Below, piece after piece: positions 21,403 through 31,293 of a DNA stretch of 64,000 nt (the stretch's first letter is position 1; each line of letters begins with the position of its first letter). The notes beneath the pieces were generated by a model. That model worked only from the letters and a program-made list of their open reading frames with translations, ran no database searches and had not been told where the DNA came from. Source of the DNA: Candidimonas sp. (GTDB lineage Bacteria; Pseudomonadota; Gammaproteobacteria; Burkholderiales; Burkholderiaceae_B); assembly GCA_004297945.1 (NCBI GenBank), contig SCRC01000006.1, positions 1,801-65,800 on the forward strand, given 5' to 3'. The position numbers and the translations under genes were made by a program.

Positions 21403-22578
21403 TCACGCGGGGGGCAGTTTAAACACTTGCCGCAAATAGGCCAGGTAAGCGGCATCGTCGCACATGGTTTTTTCCGGTGCATCGGATACCTTCGCTACAG
21501 GTTGATCGTTGCAACGAACCATCTTCATGACAATCTGCAAGGGCTCGTGCCCCAGATCATTGGTCAGGTTGGTACCGATCCCGAACGACACCTTGCAACG
21601 CCCGGCAAAACGGCGCGCCAGCTCGATCGCTCGAGGAATAGTCAGGCTGTCGGAGAAAACCAGGGTCTTGGTGCGCGGATCGGCCCGATTCGCCGCATAG
21701 TGGGCCAGCAACCGTTCGCCCCATACGAAAGGATCGCCCGAATCGTGGCGCGCGCCATCGAAAAGCTTGCAAAAATACATATCAAAATCGCGCAAAAACG
21801 CATCCATGCCATAAACATCGGACAGCGCAATACCCAGATCGCCACGATACTCCTTAGCCCATATTTCCAGGGCAAAGACCTGCGAGTCGCGCAACCTGGG
21901 CCCCAGCGCCTGGCAGGCCTGCAGATACTCATGTCCCATCGTGCCCAGCGGCGTCACGCCGTGGAGCATCGCCAACCAGACATTGCTGGTACCGGCAAAA
22001 TTCGGACCCATCTGCCGTCTCATGGTGGTCATGACTTCTTCGTGCCACTTCTTGGAGAAGCGGCGACGGGTACCGTATTCGGCTACCCGGAACTCGGCCA
22101 TCGCCGGATCATCGGTCACCAAATGCATCTTGGACTGCAGGCGTTTGCGTCCTTCAACCCAGTCGGGCTCCCGGCATTCGTTACGAAAATACACCTCGTT
22201 GACAATCGCCAGAACAGGTATCTCGAACAATATCGTATGCAGCCACGGCCCTTTGACGCAGATATCAATCTCGCCAGGCACGGCGCTCTCGGTTACCACA
22301 ATGCATTTCTCGGGCAAATGGAATAGCCCAAGGAAATCCACAAAATCGCTCTTGATAAAACGCAACCCACGCAGATATTTTTGTTCTTCATCGGTAAAGC
22401 GAAGCTGGCACAAGCCATGTATTTCGGCGCGGATTTCATCCAGATAGATCGCAAGATTAATGCCTGGATTGCGGCATTTATAACGATACTCGACCTGAGC
22501 AGCCGGAAAGTGATGCAACACCACCTGCATCATTGAAAACTTGTAGAGATCGGTGTCGAGTAACGAGGTGATTATCAT
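21403..22578 (-). CDS. pncB: nicotinate phosphoribosyltransferase
   Basis: [37 protein letters not shown]. Confidence 0.96.
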   Translation of the reverse strand: MIITSLLDTDLYKFSMMQVVLHHFPAAQVEYRYKCRNPGINLAIYLDEIRAEIHGLCQLRFTDEEQKYLRGLRFIKSDFVDFLGLFHLPEKCIVVTESAVPGEIDICVKGPWLHTILFEIPVLAIVNEVYFRNECREPDWVEGRKRLQSKMHLVTDDPAMAEFRVAEYGTRRRFSKKWHEEVMTTMRRQMGPNFAGTSNVWLAMLHGVTPLGTMGHEYLQACQALGPRLRDSQVFALEIWAKEYRGDLGIALSDVYGMDAFLRDFDMYFCKLFDGARHDSGDPFVWGERLLAHYAANRADPRTKTLVFSDSLTIPRAIELARRFAGRCKVSFGIGTNLTNDLGHEPLQIVMKMVRCNDQPVAKVSDAPEKTMCDDAAYLAYLRQVFKLPPA

Positions 22579-22648
22579 CAGAAGGCAAGAATCGTTTTAG
22601 CTACCATAGCACACCACAACCCGCCCGTACCGCGCGACGGGTACGTTT

Positions 22649-23128
22649 TGTAGCGGCAGCCCTTGTGGGTGCCATTTTTGTTATTGGCACTCACAGGTTC
22701 TTAAACCGCGGCAACGCCGGCTCAGCCAGGCGCACTCACCTCGTCCGGTCCTGGCGTTGCCAGGACTGCCTGCGTCAAGCATCTGGATTGGGGCGGTCGC
22801 AAACTCACAACATGACCCGTCCACTGGACGGGTCAAAACTGTTGTTCAAACAGTGCTCCCTTGCCTCCCCAATCCAGATGCTTGACGCCGCGGACTCAAA
22901 TTCGCCGCCTGGCTGAGCCGGCGTTGCCGCTCGGGCTGGTTTGAATGACGGGGATTGGTCGGTTTGCGCGACCGCCCCAAAGCCAGCCTGCGCGCGGGAA
23001 GTTCTGGCGCAACCAGAACCGTGCACGTCAGAGCCCGGCCCGCCTTGAACGACCACGACGCGGGGAAAGAAGGTTTTATCCACGATGGCGTAATGGGGAA
23101 GATGGCAGTCACAAGGGCTGCCGCTACA
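22649..23128. mobile_element. REP-bracketed element with a long branched palindrome (non-autonomous element or structured RNA)
   Basis: inverted REPs 22649-22674 and 23103-23128; perfect 25-bp (22708-22732/22906-22930) and 22-bp (22772-22793/22867-22888) inverted repeats; mobility is inferred. Confidence 0.6.
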
Positions 23129-23272
23129 AAAACCAATGACCAGCAACCAGTGACGACAAACCCAAAGACCAGCCGCCCGGACTGGTCAATCCGCGCTGCA
23201 CTTCGCTAATTGGGTAAAATTGTTCTGTAGCGCAATACGTTCACATTGCAAAGATAGAAGCGAGAGCCTTGA

Positions 23273-23596
23273 ATGACCCATGTCGTCACCGAAAACTGTA
23301 TTAAATGCAAATTCACCGACTGCGTCGACGTGTGCCCGGTAGACTGCTTTCGCGAGGGTCCCAATTATTTGATGATAGACCCCGACGAATGCATAGACTG
23401 TGCCGTCTGCGTACCCGAGTGCCCGGCCAATGCCATCTTCGCCGAAGAAGACGTACCCCAGGATCAGTTGGATTTCATCCAGATGAACGCCGACCTGTCG
23501 CCCGGCCTGCCCACTATCAATCGTTCCAAAAAACCGCCCGAAGACGCCGACCAATGGAACGGCGTCGAAGGCAAATTGAAGTATCTCGAACGTTGA
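23273..23596 (+). CDS. fdxA: 7Fe ferredoxin FdxA
   Basis: [14 protein letters not shown] and [12 protein letters not shown]; 107 aa. Confidence 0.93.
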   Translation: MTHVVTENCIKCKFTDCVDVCPVDCFREGPNYLMIDPDECIDCAVCVPECPANAIFAEEDVPQDQLDFIQMNADLSPGLPTINRSKKPPEDADQWNGVEGKLKYLER

Positions 23597-23872
23597 CTTC
23601 AGCACTCTGGTGGCGCGGAAAAGCCATTAATGTTGCAACGCCGCAACACAGGGATTTATCTAATCGCCCATTCGCACACGACCTCTTCCGAGGGGCCTCC
23701 ATATCAGAAAACTACTGGCAATCCCCTCGTTTTTGTGATTAGCTAATAACCACATGGCCTTTGTGACCTCATTTCGAGGCGGCCAGATTCTGTTGCCAGA
23801 CTGGGGCCGTTTCGGCTCAAGCCTTCGCATCAGGCAGTAGCAAAAACAAAATTCGCGAGAGGGGCTTTATTC

Positions 23873-25105
23873 ATGTCCATGCTGTATCAGCTGCACGAGC
23901 TTCAACGCTCCATTCTGACGCCATTGGCTGCCTTCACCAGCACCGGTTCGCAACTTTTCTCACATCCGTACAGCCCCTTTGCCTATATGCCGCTATCGCG
24001 CCAGCTTGCTGCAAGCTACGAGTTCGTGCACCGTTTAGGCAAAGATTACGAGAAACCCCTATGGGATATCGACTCGACGCGAATCGCGAATCGAACCGTA
24101 CCCATAACTATCCATACCGCGATCACCAAGCCGTTTTGCCACCTGGTGCACTTCCAGCGCCAGCTCCCCGCCAAAACCAGACCAGACCCAACCGTCCTGC
24201 TCGTGGCTCCGCTTTCAGGACACCATTCCACGCTGCTGCGCGACACCGTGCGGGCGCTGTTGCCCGAGCACAATGTGTACATTACCGATTGGGTCGACGC
24301 CCGTATGGTGCCTGCAACAGCGGGTCCCTTCCACCTGAACGACTACGTCAAATACGTGCAAGAGTTCATCCGCTTCCTGGGCCCCGACGTTCACGTCATT
24401 TCAGTTTGCCAGCCCACGGTACCCGTCCTGGCCGCGATCTCGCTTATGGCCAGCAGCAAAGACCCTAGCCTGCCGCGCAGCATGATCATGATGGGAGGCC
24501 CCATCGACCCGCGCCAATCGCCCACACAGGTCAACCGTCTGGCCACCACCCATCCTTATTCATGGTTCGAGGATAATCTGATTCAACGCGTGCCCACCCG
24601 CTTCCCGGGTTCCGGACGGCTGGTCTATCCCGGATTCCTGCAGCATGCCGGGTTCATGGCCATGAACCCGGATCGGCATCTGCGCTCGCATTACGAGTTT
24701 TACCAACATCTGGTCAAAGGCGACGACAGCGACGCCGAGGCGCACCGCCGTTTTTACGACGAATACAACGCCGTCATGGATATGCCGGCCGAGTTTTATC
24801 TTGACACCATCAAATCCGTTTTCCAGGAACATCTGCTGCCATCGGGCACCTGGCAAATCGACGGCCAGCGGGTCAACCCGGCCGACATCAGCACCGTGGC
24901 CTTGCTGACCATTGAAGGCGAGCTCGACGATATTTCGGGCCTGGGGCAAACGCGTGCGGCGCAAACGCTGTGCCACGGCATCAGCCGCGATCGCAAGCAA
25001 CACTACACGGCCCCAGGCTGCGGCCACTACGGTATTTTCTCGGGAAGCCGCTGGCGCGAAACGATATGTCCTAAAATAGCAGCATTCATACGCCAATCGG
25101 CGTAG
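23873..25105 (+). CDS. phaZ: intracellular polyhydroxyalkanoate depolymerase
   Basis: VAPLSGHH, VCQP, MGGPID, EGELDDI, GHYGIF. Confidence 0.92.
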   Translation: MSMLYQLHELQRSILTPLAAFTSTGSQLFSHPYSPFAYMPLSRQLAASYEFVHRLGKDYEKPLWDIDSTRIANRTVPITIHTAITKPFCHLVHFQRQLPAKTRPDPTVLLVAPLSGHHSTLLRDTVRALLPEHNVYITDWVDARMVPATAGPFHLNDYVKYVQEFIRFLGPDVHVISVCQPTVPVLAAISLMASSKDPSLPRSMIMMGGPIDPRQSPTQVNRLATTHPYSWFEDNLIQRVPTRFPGSGRLVYPGFLQHAGFMAMNPDRHLRSHYEFYQHLVKGDDSDAEAHRRFYDEYNAVMDMPAEFYLDTIKSVFQEHLLPSGTWQIDGQRVNPADISTVALLTIEGELDDISGLGQTRAAQTLCHGISRDRKQHYTAPGCGHYGIFSGSRWRETICPKIAAFIRQSA

Positions 25106-25131
25106 CCGTTTGCGCTTGGCTTCGCACCCGT

Positions 25132-25164
25132 TCAGGAGCCTTTCGCGGCTCCTGATTTCATTTT
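25132..25164 (+). terminator. probable intrinsic terminator after phaZ
   Basis: TCAGGAGCC-6nt-GGCTCCTGA followed by TTTCATTTT. Confidence 0.55.
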
Positions 25165-25800
25165 ATGCCCGCATCGCAACTCACCGACCGTATCGACGCC
25201 CTTCTGCCGCAAACGCAATGCACCAAGTGCGGCTACGATGCCTGTCGCCCGTATGCCGAGGCGATGGCGCAAAGCCACGAAGCCATTAATCGATGCCCAC
25301 CGGGCGGCGCAGCGGGCATCGCGGCACTGGCGGCGCTGCTCGATCGGCCCATCGCCCTACTCGACCCCGATTGCGGCGCACATCAACCGCTACAGGTGGC
25401 GACCATAGACGAAGCCCATTGCATAGGCTGCACATTATGCATTCAGGCTTGTCCGGTCGATGCCATCGTCGGCGCTAACAAGCAGATGCATACAGTCATT
25501 GCCGATCTGTGCACCGGTTGCGACCTGTGCGTGGCGCCGTGCCCGGTAGACTGCATCACCATGGTCGCAGCAGACCACGATTGGACGCCCGCGCTCGCCC
25601 AAGCGGCCCGCACCCACTATCAGCAACGCCAATCCCGCCTGCTCGCACGGCACCACGAAAACTCGACGCTCGCCGCCAGAACGCTGGCCAACAAGGCCGA
25701 GCTTGCAAGCGCCGCGCAAAACGACACTCCCGCCAAACAGCAGCTCATCGCTGACGTACTGACCCGCGCCCGCGCGCGCCGCAACAAGGTCGCCCCATGA
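25165..25800 (+). CDS. rsxB: RnfB/RsxB-like Fe-S protein (stand-alone)
   Basis: [34 protein letters not shown]; upstream of nth. Confidence 0.88.
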   Translation: MPASQLTDRIDALLPQTQCTKCGYDACRPYAEAMAQSHEAINRCPPGGAAGIAALAALLDRPIALLDPDCGAHQPLQVATIDEAHCIGCTLCIQACPVDAIVGANKQMHTVIADLCTGCDLCVAPCPVDCITMVAADHDWTPALAQAARTHYQQRQSRLLARHHENSTLAARTLANKAELASAAQNDTPAKQQLIADVLTRARARRNKVAP

Positions 25801-25842
25801 GCACCGCGCCATGAGCACCGCGCCATGAGCATCGCGCTATGA
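25797..25842 (+). repeat. 14-bp tandem repeat forming chained mini-ORFs
   Basis: ATGAGCAYCGCGCY x3; ATGA at 25797, 25811, 25825, 25839. Confidence 0.9.
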
Positions 25843-26474
25843 ACGCCGCCAAGCGCGCTGAAATTTTCGCCCGTCTGCAGGCAGCCAATCCGCAACCCAC
25901 GACCGAGTTGCGCTACGACACTACGTTTCAGTTGTTGATTGCAGTCATGCTCTCGGCACAAGCCACCGACAGATCGGTGAATCTGGCTACGCAACGTTTT
26001 TTCCCTGATCACGGGACTCCCGCCGGCTTGCTGGCGTTAGGACAAGAGGCACTAAGTGAACAGATCAAAACGATAGGTCTATACCGGACCAAGGCGGGCA
26101 ATGTCATCAAAACCTGCCACATCCTGCTGGCACAGCATGGCGGTGAGGTCCCTCATGATCGCGCCGCACTCGAAGCCCTGCCCGGAGTAGGGCGCAAAAC
26201 CGCCAACGTCATACTCAACACTGCTTTCGGTGAACCGACCATTGCCGTCGATACCCATATTTTCCGGGTCGCCAACCGAACCGGCCTGGCATCAGGCAAA
26301 AATGTGCTGCAGGTTGAACTCAAATTGCAGCGGGTCGTGCCGCCAGCGTATCTTGTAAACGCCCACCATTGGCTGATTTTGCACGGTCGCTATATTTGCA
26401 CCGCTCGCAAGCCGAAGTGCCCACAATGCGCCATTGCCGACTTGTGTGAATACAAAAACAAAACACCTGCTTAA
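25839..26474 (+). CDS. nth: endonuclease III
   Basis: LSAQATD, HhH LPGVGRKTANV, VDTH, C-terminal 4Fe-4S cysteines. Confidence 0.96.
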   Translation: MNAAKRAEIFARLQAANPQPTTELRYDTTFQLLIAVMLSAQATDRSVNLATQRFFPDHGTPAGLLALGQEALSEQIKTIGLYRTKAGNVIKTCHILLAQHGGEVPHDRAALEALPGVGRKTANVILNTAFGEPTIAVDTHIFRVANRTGLASGKNVLQVELKLQRVVPPAYLVNAHHWLILHGRYICTARKPKCPQCAIADLCEYKNKTPA

Positions 26475-26573
26475 GGGTTTTCCATAGGCCTATGTAAAAC
26501 CCGCATAGCGTTTTGCCTGAGGCCGTCGCATACTAGCAGAATCTAAAAACGGCTTTCAAACAAATTGGCGCGC

Positions 26574-27347
26574 ATGAGCGAATACATTCTAGAAACCAAA
26601 AACCTGGTCAAAGAATTCCGGGGCTTTGTCGCCGTAAGCGACGTTAACCTGCAAGTAAAGCGCGGTCATATCCACGCGCTTATTGGACCCAATGGCGCAG
26701 GCAAAACCACGTGTTTTAACTTGCTAACCAAATTTCTTACGCCTACGTCGGGCAAAATCTTCTTCTCCGACACCGAAATCACGCACGAGCATCCCGCCCA
26801 GATCGCACGCCGCGGCATCATTCGCTCGTTCCAAATCTCGGCCGTATTTCCACAGCTTACCTTGCTTGAAAACGTACGCATCGGCTTGCAGCGCAGCACC
26901 GGCCTGTCCTTTCACTTCTGGCGCAGCGACCGCACGCTTGATCGCTTGAACGACCAGGCGACAGCGTTGCTCGAACTGGTCGACCTGGCCCAATACGCCA
27001 ACGAACAAACTGTCAACCTGCCCTATGGCCGCAAACGGGCGCTCGAAATCGCCACCACCCTAGCCATGGAACCCGAGCTCATGCTGCTCGACGAGCCCAC
27101 CCAGGGAATGGGCCACGAAGATGTCGACCGTGTCACGCAACTTATCAAAAAAGTCAGCGCCGGACGCTCCATCCTTATGGTCGAACACAATATGAATGTC
27201 GTCGCGTCCATCGCCGATAAAATCACCGTGCTGGCGCGTGGTGCAGTGCTGGCCGAAGGCAGCTATCAAGAGGTCTCGCACGATGCCGCCGTCATGCAGG
27301 CCTATATGGGCACGACCGCGGGCGAACTCGAAGGAGCCCACGCATGA
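26574..27347 (+). CDS. Liv-type ABC transporter ATPase (LivG-like)
   Basis: GPNGAGKT, LLDEP, VEH. Confidence 0.9.
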   Translation: MSEYILETKNLVKEFRGFVAVSDVNLQVKRGHIHALIGPNGAGKTTCFNLLTKFLTPTSGKIFFSDTEITHEHPAQIARRGIIRSFQISAVFPQLTLLENVRIGLQRSTGLSFHFWRSDRTLDRLNDQATALLELVDLAQYANEQTVNLPYGRKRALEIATTLAMEPELMLLDEPTQGMGHEDVDRVTQLIKKVSAGRSILMVEHNMNVVASIADKITVLARGAVLAEGSYQEVSHDAAVMQAYMGTTAGELEGAHA

Positions 27348-28057
27348 GCACCCACGCGCTCGAAATTTCCGACCTCCAGGCGTGGTACGGAGAGTCCCAC
27401 GTTCTGCATGGCGTGAACCTTACCGTGGCCCACGGCGAAGTCGTCACTCTGCTGGGGCGTAACGGCTCGGGGCGTACAACCACGCTACGCGCCATGCTTG
27501 GCCTGACCGGCTCGCGCGAAGGCTCCATCCGTATCCACGGCGTAGAGTCCATCCATTTGCCCACTTATAAAATTGCGCACCTGGGTATCGGCTACTGCCC
27601 CGAAGAACGCGGTATTTTCGCCGGCCTTTCCTGCGAAGAAAATCTGCTGTTGCCGCCTACGGTCGGAGATACACTGGGCGGCGGCATGTCGCTGACCGAG
27701 ATCTACGACATGTTTCCCAACCTGCAAGAGCGCAAGCATTCTGCCGGCACGCGGCTTTCGGGCGGCGAACAGCAAATGCTGGCCGTCGCCCGCATTCTGC
27801 GCACTGGCGCCAATATGCTGCTGCTCGACGAAATTTCCGAAGGGCTCGCGCCTGTCATTGTGCAAGCGCTCGCGCGCATGATCACAACCCTCAAGGCAAA
27901 AGGCTATACCATTATCATGGTAGAACAAAACTTCCGTTTTGCGGCACCCCTGGCCGACCGCTTCTACGTGATGGAGCACGGCCAGATCGTGGAACAATTT
28001 AGCGCGGCTGAATTACCAGCCAAGCAAGAAGTGCTTAATACGCTACTCGGCGTTTAA
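27344..28057 (+). CDS. Liv-type ABC transporter ATPase (LivF-like)
   Basis: GRNGSGRT (Walker A Lys replaced by Arg), LSGGEQQML, VEQN. Confidence 0.9.
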   Translation: MSTHALEISDLQAWYGESHVLHGVNLTVAHGEVVTLLGRNGSGRTTTLRAMLGLTGSREGSIRIHGVESIHLPTYKIAHLGIGYCPEERGIFAGLSCEENLLLPPTVGDTLGGGMSLTEIYDMFPNLQERKHSAGTRLSGGEQQMLAVARILRTGANMLLLDEISEGLAPVIVQALARMITTLKAKGYTIIMVEQNFRFAAPLADRFYVMEHGQIVEQFSAAELPAKQEVLNTLLGV

Positions 28058-28108
28058 ACACCTATTTCTGCCGGAGCACCCGGTAAATCACAACAAGGAG
28101 AGCCATTA

Positions 28109-29323
28109 ATGAAACTGCGCACACTATCCGCAGCACTCGCCGTAGCCGGACTAAGCATTACCGGGTTAAGTCACGCTGCGGGCATTTCCGACAACGTAAT
28201 ACGCATCGGCTTTATTACCGATATGTCGGGCGTTTATTCCGACATCGACGGCAAAGCCGGCGTCGATGCCATACGCATGGCCATCGCCGATGCCGGCGGC
28301 CAGATCGACGGCAAAAAAATCGAGCTGCTGGTCGCCGACCACCAGAACAAAGCTGACGTGGGCTCGGCGCGTGCACGTCAATGGTTCGACGAACAACATC
28401 TCGACATGCTCGTGGGCGGTACCAACTCTGGCGTGAATCTGGCCATGTCTGCCGTGGCTGCCGAAAAACACAAACCCATGTTCGCTGTCGGGCCGGGCTC
28501 GTCCAACCTGACCAACTCGGCCTGCACACCCTACACCATCCACTATGGCTACGATACGGTCGCGCTGGCGCGCGGCACAGCACCTACCATGGTCAAACAG
28601 GGCGGCAAGACCTGGTATTTCCTGACCGCCGACTACGCCTTTGGCCACTCTCTGCAACGTGACGCCACCAAGGTCATCAATGAGGCGGGCGGCAAGGTTG
28701 TGGGCAGCGTCGACGTGCCGCTTGGAGCCACCGACTTCTCCTCATTCCTGCTTCAGGCCCAAGCATCCAAAGCAAAAGTCCTGGCGCTTGCCAATGCTGG
28801 CGGCGACTTCGTCAATTCGGTCAAGGCCGCCAAAGAATTCGGCATCACCAAAACCATGAAACTGGCCGGCTTGCTGGTGTTCATCAACGATATCCATGCC
28901 TTGGGCCTGGAAGCGACTCAGGGTCTGTACCTGACCAGCGCCTGGTACTGGAATAAAGACGATGCGTCACGCAAGTGGGCCAAGCGTTTCTTCGCCCAGG
29001 AAAAACGCATGCCTTCTTACTTGCAGGCAGGCGATTATTCCGCCGTGGCGTTTTACCTGAAAGCCGTCAAGGCCACTGGTACCGACGATGCCGACACCAT
29101 CATGAAATGGGTCAAATCGCATAAAGTCAACGACTTCTTCGCCGGCAGCAACGGCTACGTACGCAAAGATGGCGCGCTGATTCACGACATGTATTTAATG
29201 CAAGTCAAAACGCCGGCCGAATCCAAAGAACCCTGGGATTACTTCAAGCTGGTTAAAGTCTTGCCCGGCAAAGATGTCTATAATTCACTGGCCCAGTCAA
29301 CCTGCAAGCTCATTAATAAATAA
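28109..29323 (+). CDS. Liv-type ABC periplasmic substrate-binding protein
   Basis: signal peptide, IRIGFITDMSG, DHQNKAD, TADYAFG; AGGAG RBS. Confidence 0.9.
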   Translation: MKLRTLSAALAVAGLSITGLSHAAGISDNVIRIGFITDMSGVYSDIDGKAGVDAIRMAIADAGGQIDGKKIELLVADHQNKADVGSARARQWFDEQHLDMLVGGTNSGVNLAMSAVAAEKHKPMFAVGPGSSNLTNSACTPYTIHYGYDTVALARGTAPTMVKQGGKTWYFLTADYAFGHSLQRDATKVINEAGGKVVGSVDVPLGATDFSSFLLQAQASKAKVLALANAGGDFVNSVKAAKEFGITKTMKLAGLLVFINDIHALGLEATQGLYLTSAWYWNKDDASRKWAKRFFAQEKRMPSYLQAGDYSAVAFYLKAVKATGTDDADTIMKWVKSHKVNDFFAGSNGYVRKDGALIHDMYLMQVKTPAESKEPWDYFKLVKVLPGKDVYNSLAQSTCKLINK

Positions 29324-29333
29324 AACCTTGCTG

Positions 29334-29376
29334 TAAAAGATCTGCAACCTGCCGGAGCGGTTGCGGGTCTTTTATT
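29334..29376 (+). terminator. intra-operon hairpin after the binding-protein gene
   Basis: TAAAAGATCTGCAACC...GGTTGCGGGTCTTTTA imperfect stem with T tail. Confidence 0.5.
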
Positions 29377-29417
29377 ACCTGAAGCGCACTACATTTTGTC
29401 ATGGATTTTCAAGAAAT

Positions 29418-30305
29418 ATGACTGAAATATTCGGCATGCCCATCCAAGCACTGATGGGTCAGTTATTGCTGGGCTTGGTGAACGGCTCGTTCTATGCAGT
29501 ACTTTCCCTGGGTCTCGCAGTCATATTTGGTCTGCTTAACGTCATCAACTTTGCGCACGGCGCCTTCTACATGCTGGGCGCATTTGCCGCGTGGATGGGC
29601 CTGCAATATTTTGGGCTCAATTACTGGGCGATGCTGATCCTGTCGCCCGTGGTGGTTGGTATTTTCGGCATAATCTGCGAACGCCTGCTCCTGCGGCACC
29701 TGTATAAGCTCGATCCCTTGTACGGCCTTTTGCTGACCTTCGGCATGGTCTTGCTCATCGAAGGCCTGTTTCGCAGCCTCTACGGCGTATCCGGGCAACC
29801 CTACAATGCGCCGGCCCTATTGCAAGGCGCCGTGAACCTCGGTTTCATGTACTTGCCCATTTATCGCGGCTGGGTCGTCGTCGCCTCGCTGATCGTTTGT
29901 TTTTCCACCTGGTTCCTTATCGAAAAGACCCGCTTGGGCGCCCTGCTGCGGGCCGGAACCGAAAACCCGAAACTGGTGGAAGCCTTTGGCGTGAATGTTC
30001 CGCTGATGATCACACTCACGTTCGGGTTCGGCGTGGGCCTGGCTGGTTTCGCCGGGGTGCTGGCCGCGCCTATCCTGCAAGTGTCGCCACTCATGGGATC
30101 GAACCTGATCATCGTAGTATTTGCCGTGGTGGTCATCGGCGGCATGGGGTCCATACTGGGTTCTATCGTTACAGGCCTGGCGTTGGGCGTCATTGAAGGC
30201 CTCACCAAAGTGTTCTGGCCGCAAGCCTCGACTACCGTTGTATTTATCATCATGGTCATCGTTTTGTTGGTGCGCCCAGCCGGCTTATTCGGGAAAGAAA
30301 AATGA
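29418..30305 (+). CDS. Liv-type ABC permease (LivH-like)
   Basis: INFAHG, multiple TM helices, GGMGS, RPAGLFG. Confidence 0.9.
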   Translation: MTEIFGMPIQALMGQLLLGLVNGSFYAVLSLGLAVIFGLLNVINFAHGAFYMLGAFAAWMGLQYFGLNYWAMLILSPVVVGIFGIICERLLLRHLYKLDPLYGLLLTFGMVLLIEGLFRSLYGVSGQPYNAPALLQGAVNLGFMYLPIYRGWVVVASLIVCFSTWFLIEKTRLGALLRAGTENPKLVEAFGVNVPLMITLTFGFGVGLAGFAGVLAAPILQVSPLMGSNLIIVVFAVVVIGGMGSILGSIVTGLALGVIEGLTKVFWPQASTTVVFIIMVIVLLVRPAGLFGKEK

Positions 30306-31285
30306 AGCGTCAACTCATCGGCTACCTGCTGGCAGTCATTATTCTGGCACTGCTGCCCGCAATGGGCGCGTACCCCATTTTCATCATGAACGTGATGTGT
30401 TACGCGCTGTTCGCGTGTGCATTCAACCTGCTCATTGGCTACACCGGCCTGCTATCCTTCGGCCACGCGGCTTTCCTGGGGGGCGCAGCCTACGCCACGG
30501 GACAGGCTCTGGCGGTATGGGGCTGGCCCACCGTCGGCGGCTTGCTGTTTGGCACGGTCGTGGCCGCCATCATGGGTTTGGTCATGGGCGTGCTGGCCAT
30601 TCGCCGCAGCGGCATCTACTTCGCCATGATTACGCTGGCAATGGCGCAGATGGTCTTCTTCTTCTTTCTTCAAGCGCACTTCACCGGCGGCGAAGATGGC
30701 TTGCAAGGCATCCCGCGCGGCTATCTGTTCGGCCTGGACCTGAGCAAGGATCTGAATCTTTATTATCTCGTCCTGGCCATTTTCGTTCTGGGTTATGCCC
30801 TGATCTGGCGCACCATCAACTCGCCGTTTGGCCAGGTTCTGAAAGCCATACGGGAAAACGAGCCGCGCGCCATCTCGCTGGGCTACAACGTTGATAATTT
30901 CAAGTTGCTGGCCTTCGTTCTGTCCGCTACGCTGGCCGGTCTGGCCGGCGCCACAAAAGCCCTGGTGTTCGTCTCCGCCACGCTCTCGGATGCCACCTGG
31001 CAAATGTCCGGCCTGGTCATCCTGATGACCCTGATAGGCGGCCTGGGCACGCTTACCGGCCCGGTTGTCGGCGCGTTCATTGTGGTGCTGCTCGAAAACA
31101 AAGTAGGTGAGCTAGGCCGCTTTCTGGCACAAGCCACCGGCTTTACCGGCTTCCGCGTGCTGGGTGAATCGGTCACTATCGTTATCGGACTGATCTTCAT
31201 CATCTGCGTCATGGCCTTCCGCCGCGGCATAGTAGGCGAAATCCTTCATTATTTCCGGCCTAGAAAAGCCAACGCGACGTTGTAG
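30302..31285 (+). CDS. Liv-type ABC permease (LivM-like)
   Basis: GYTGLLSFGHA, YFAMITLA, TGGEDG, AIRENE. Confidence 0.9.
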   Translation: MKRQLIGYLLAVIILALLPAMGAYPIFIMNVMCYALFACAFNLLIGYTGLLSFGHAAFLGGAAYATGQALAVWGWPTVGGLLFGTVVAAIMGLVMGVLAIRRSGIYFAMITLAMAQMVFFFFLQAHFTGGEDGLQGIPRGYLFGLDLSKDLNLYYLVLAIFVLGYALIWRTINSPFGQVLKAIRENEPRAISLGYNVDNFKLLAFVLSATLAGLAGATKALVFVSATLSDATWQMSGLVILMTLIGGLGTLTGPVVGAFIVVLLENKVGELGRFLAQATGFTGFRVLGESVTIVIGLIFIICVMAFRRGIVGEILHYFRPRKANATL

Positions 31286-31293
31286 ACGCGCCC

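Noticed and set aside
22700-23040. Known ncRNA (6S, RNase P, tmRNA, SRP, group II intron domain V)
   Set aside because: I could not find their signature sequences by eye, and the long perfect stems are atypical; an Rfam scan is still needed.
22805-23146. ORFs within the structured element
   Set aside because: They begin in REP sequence, cross palindromes and show no recognisable motif or RBS.
25165-25800. rsxB without the rest of an rnf operon as a pseudogene
   Set aside because: The ORF is intact with all Cys motifs; a stand-alone rsxB-nth pair is a usual betaproteobacterial arrangement.
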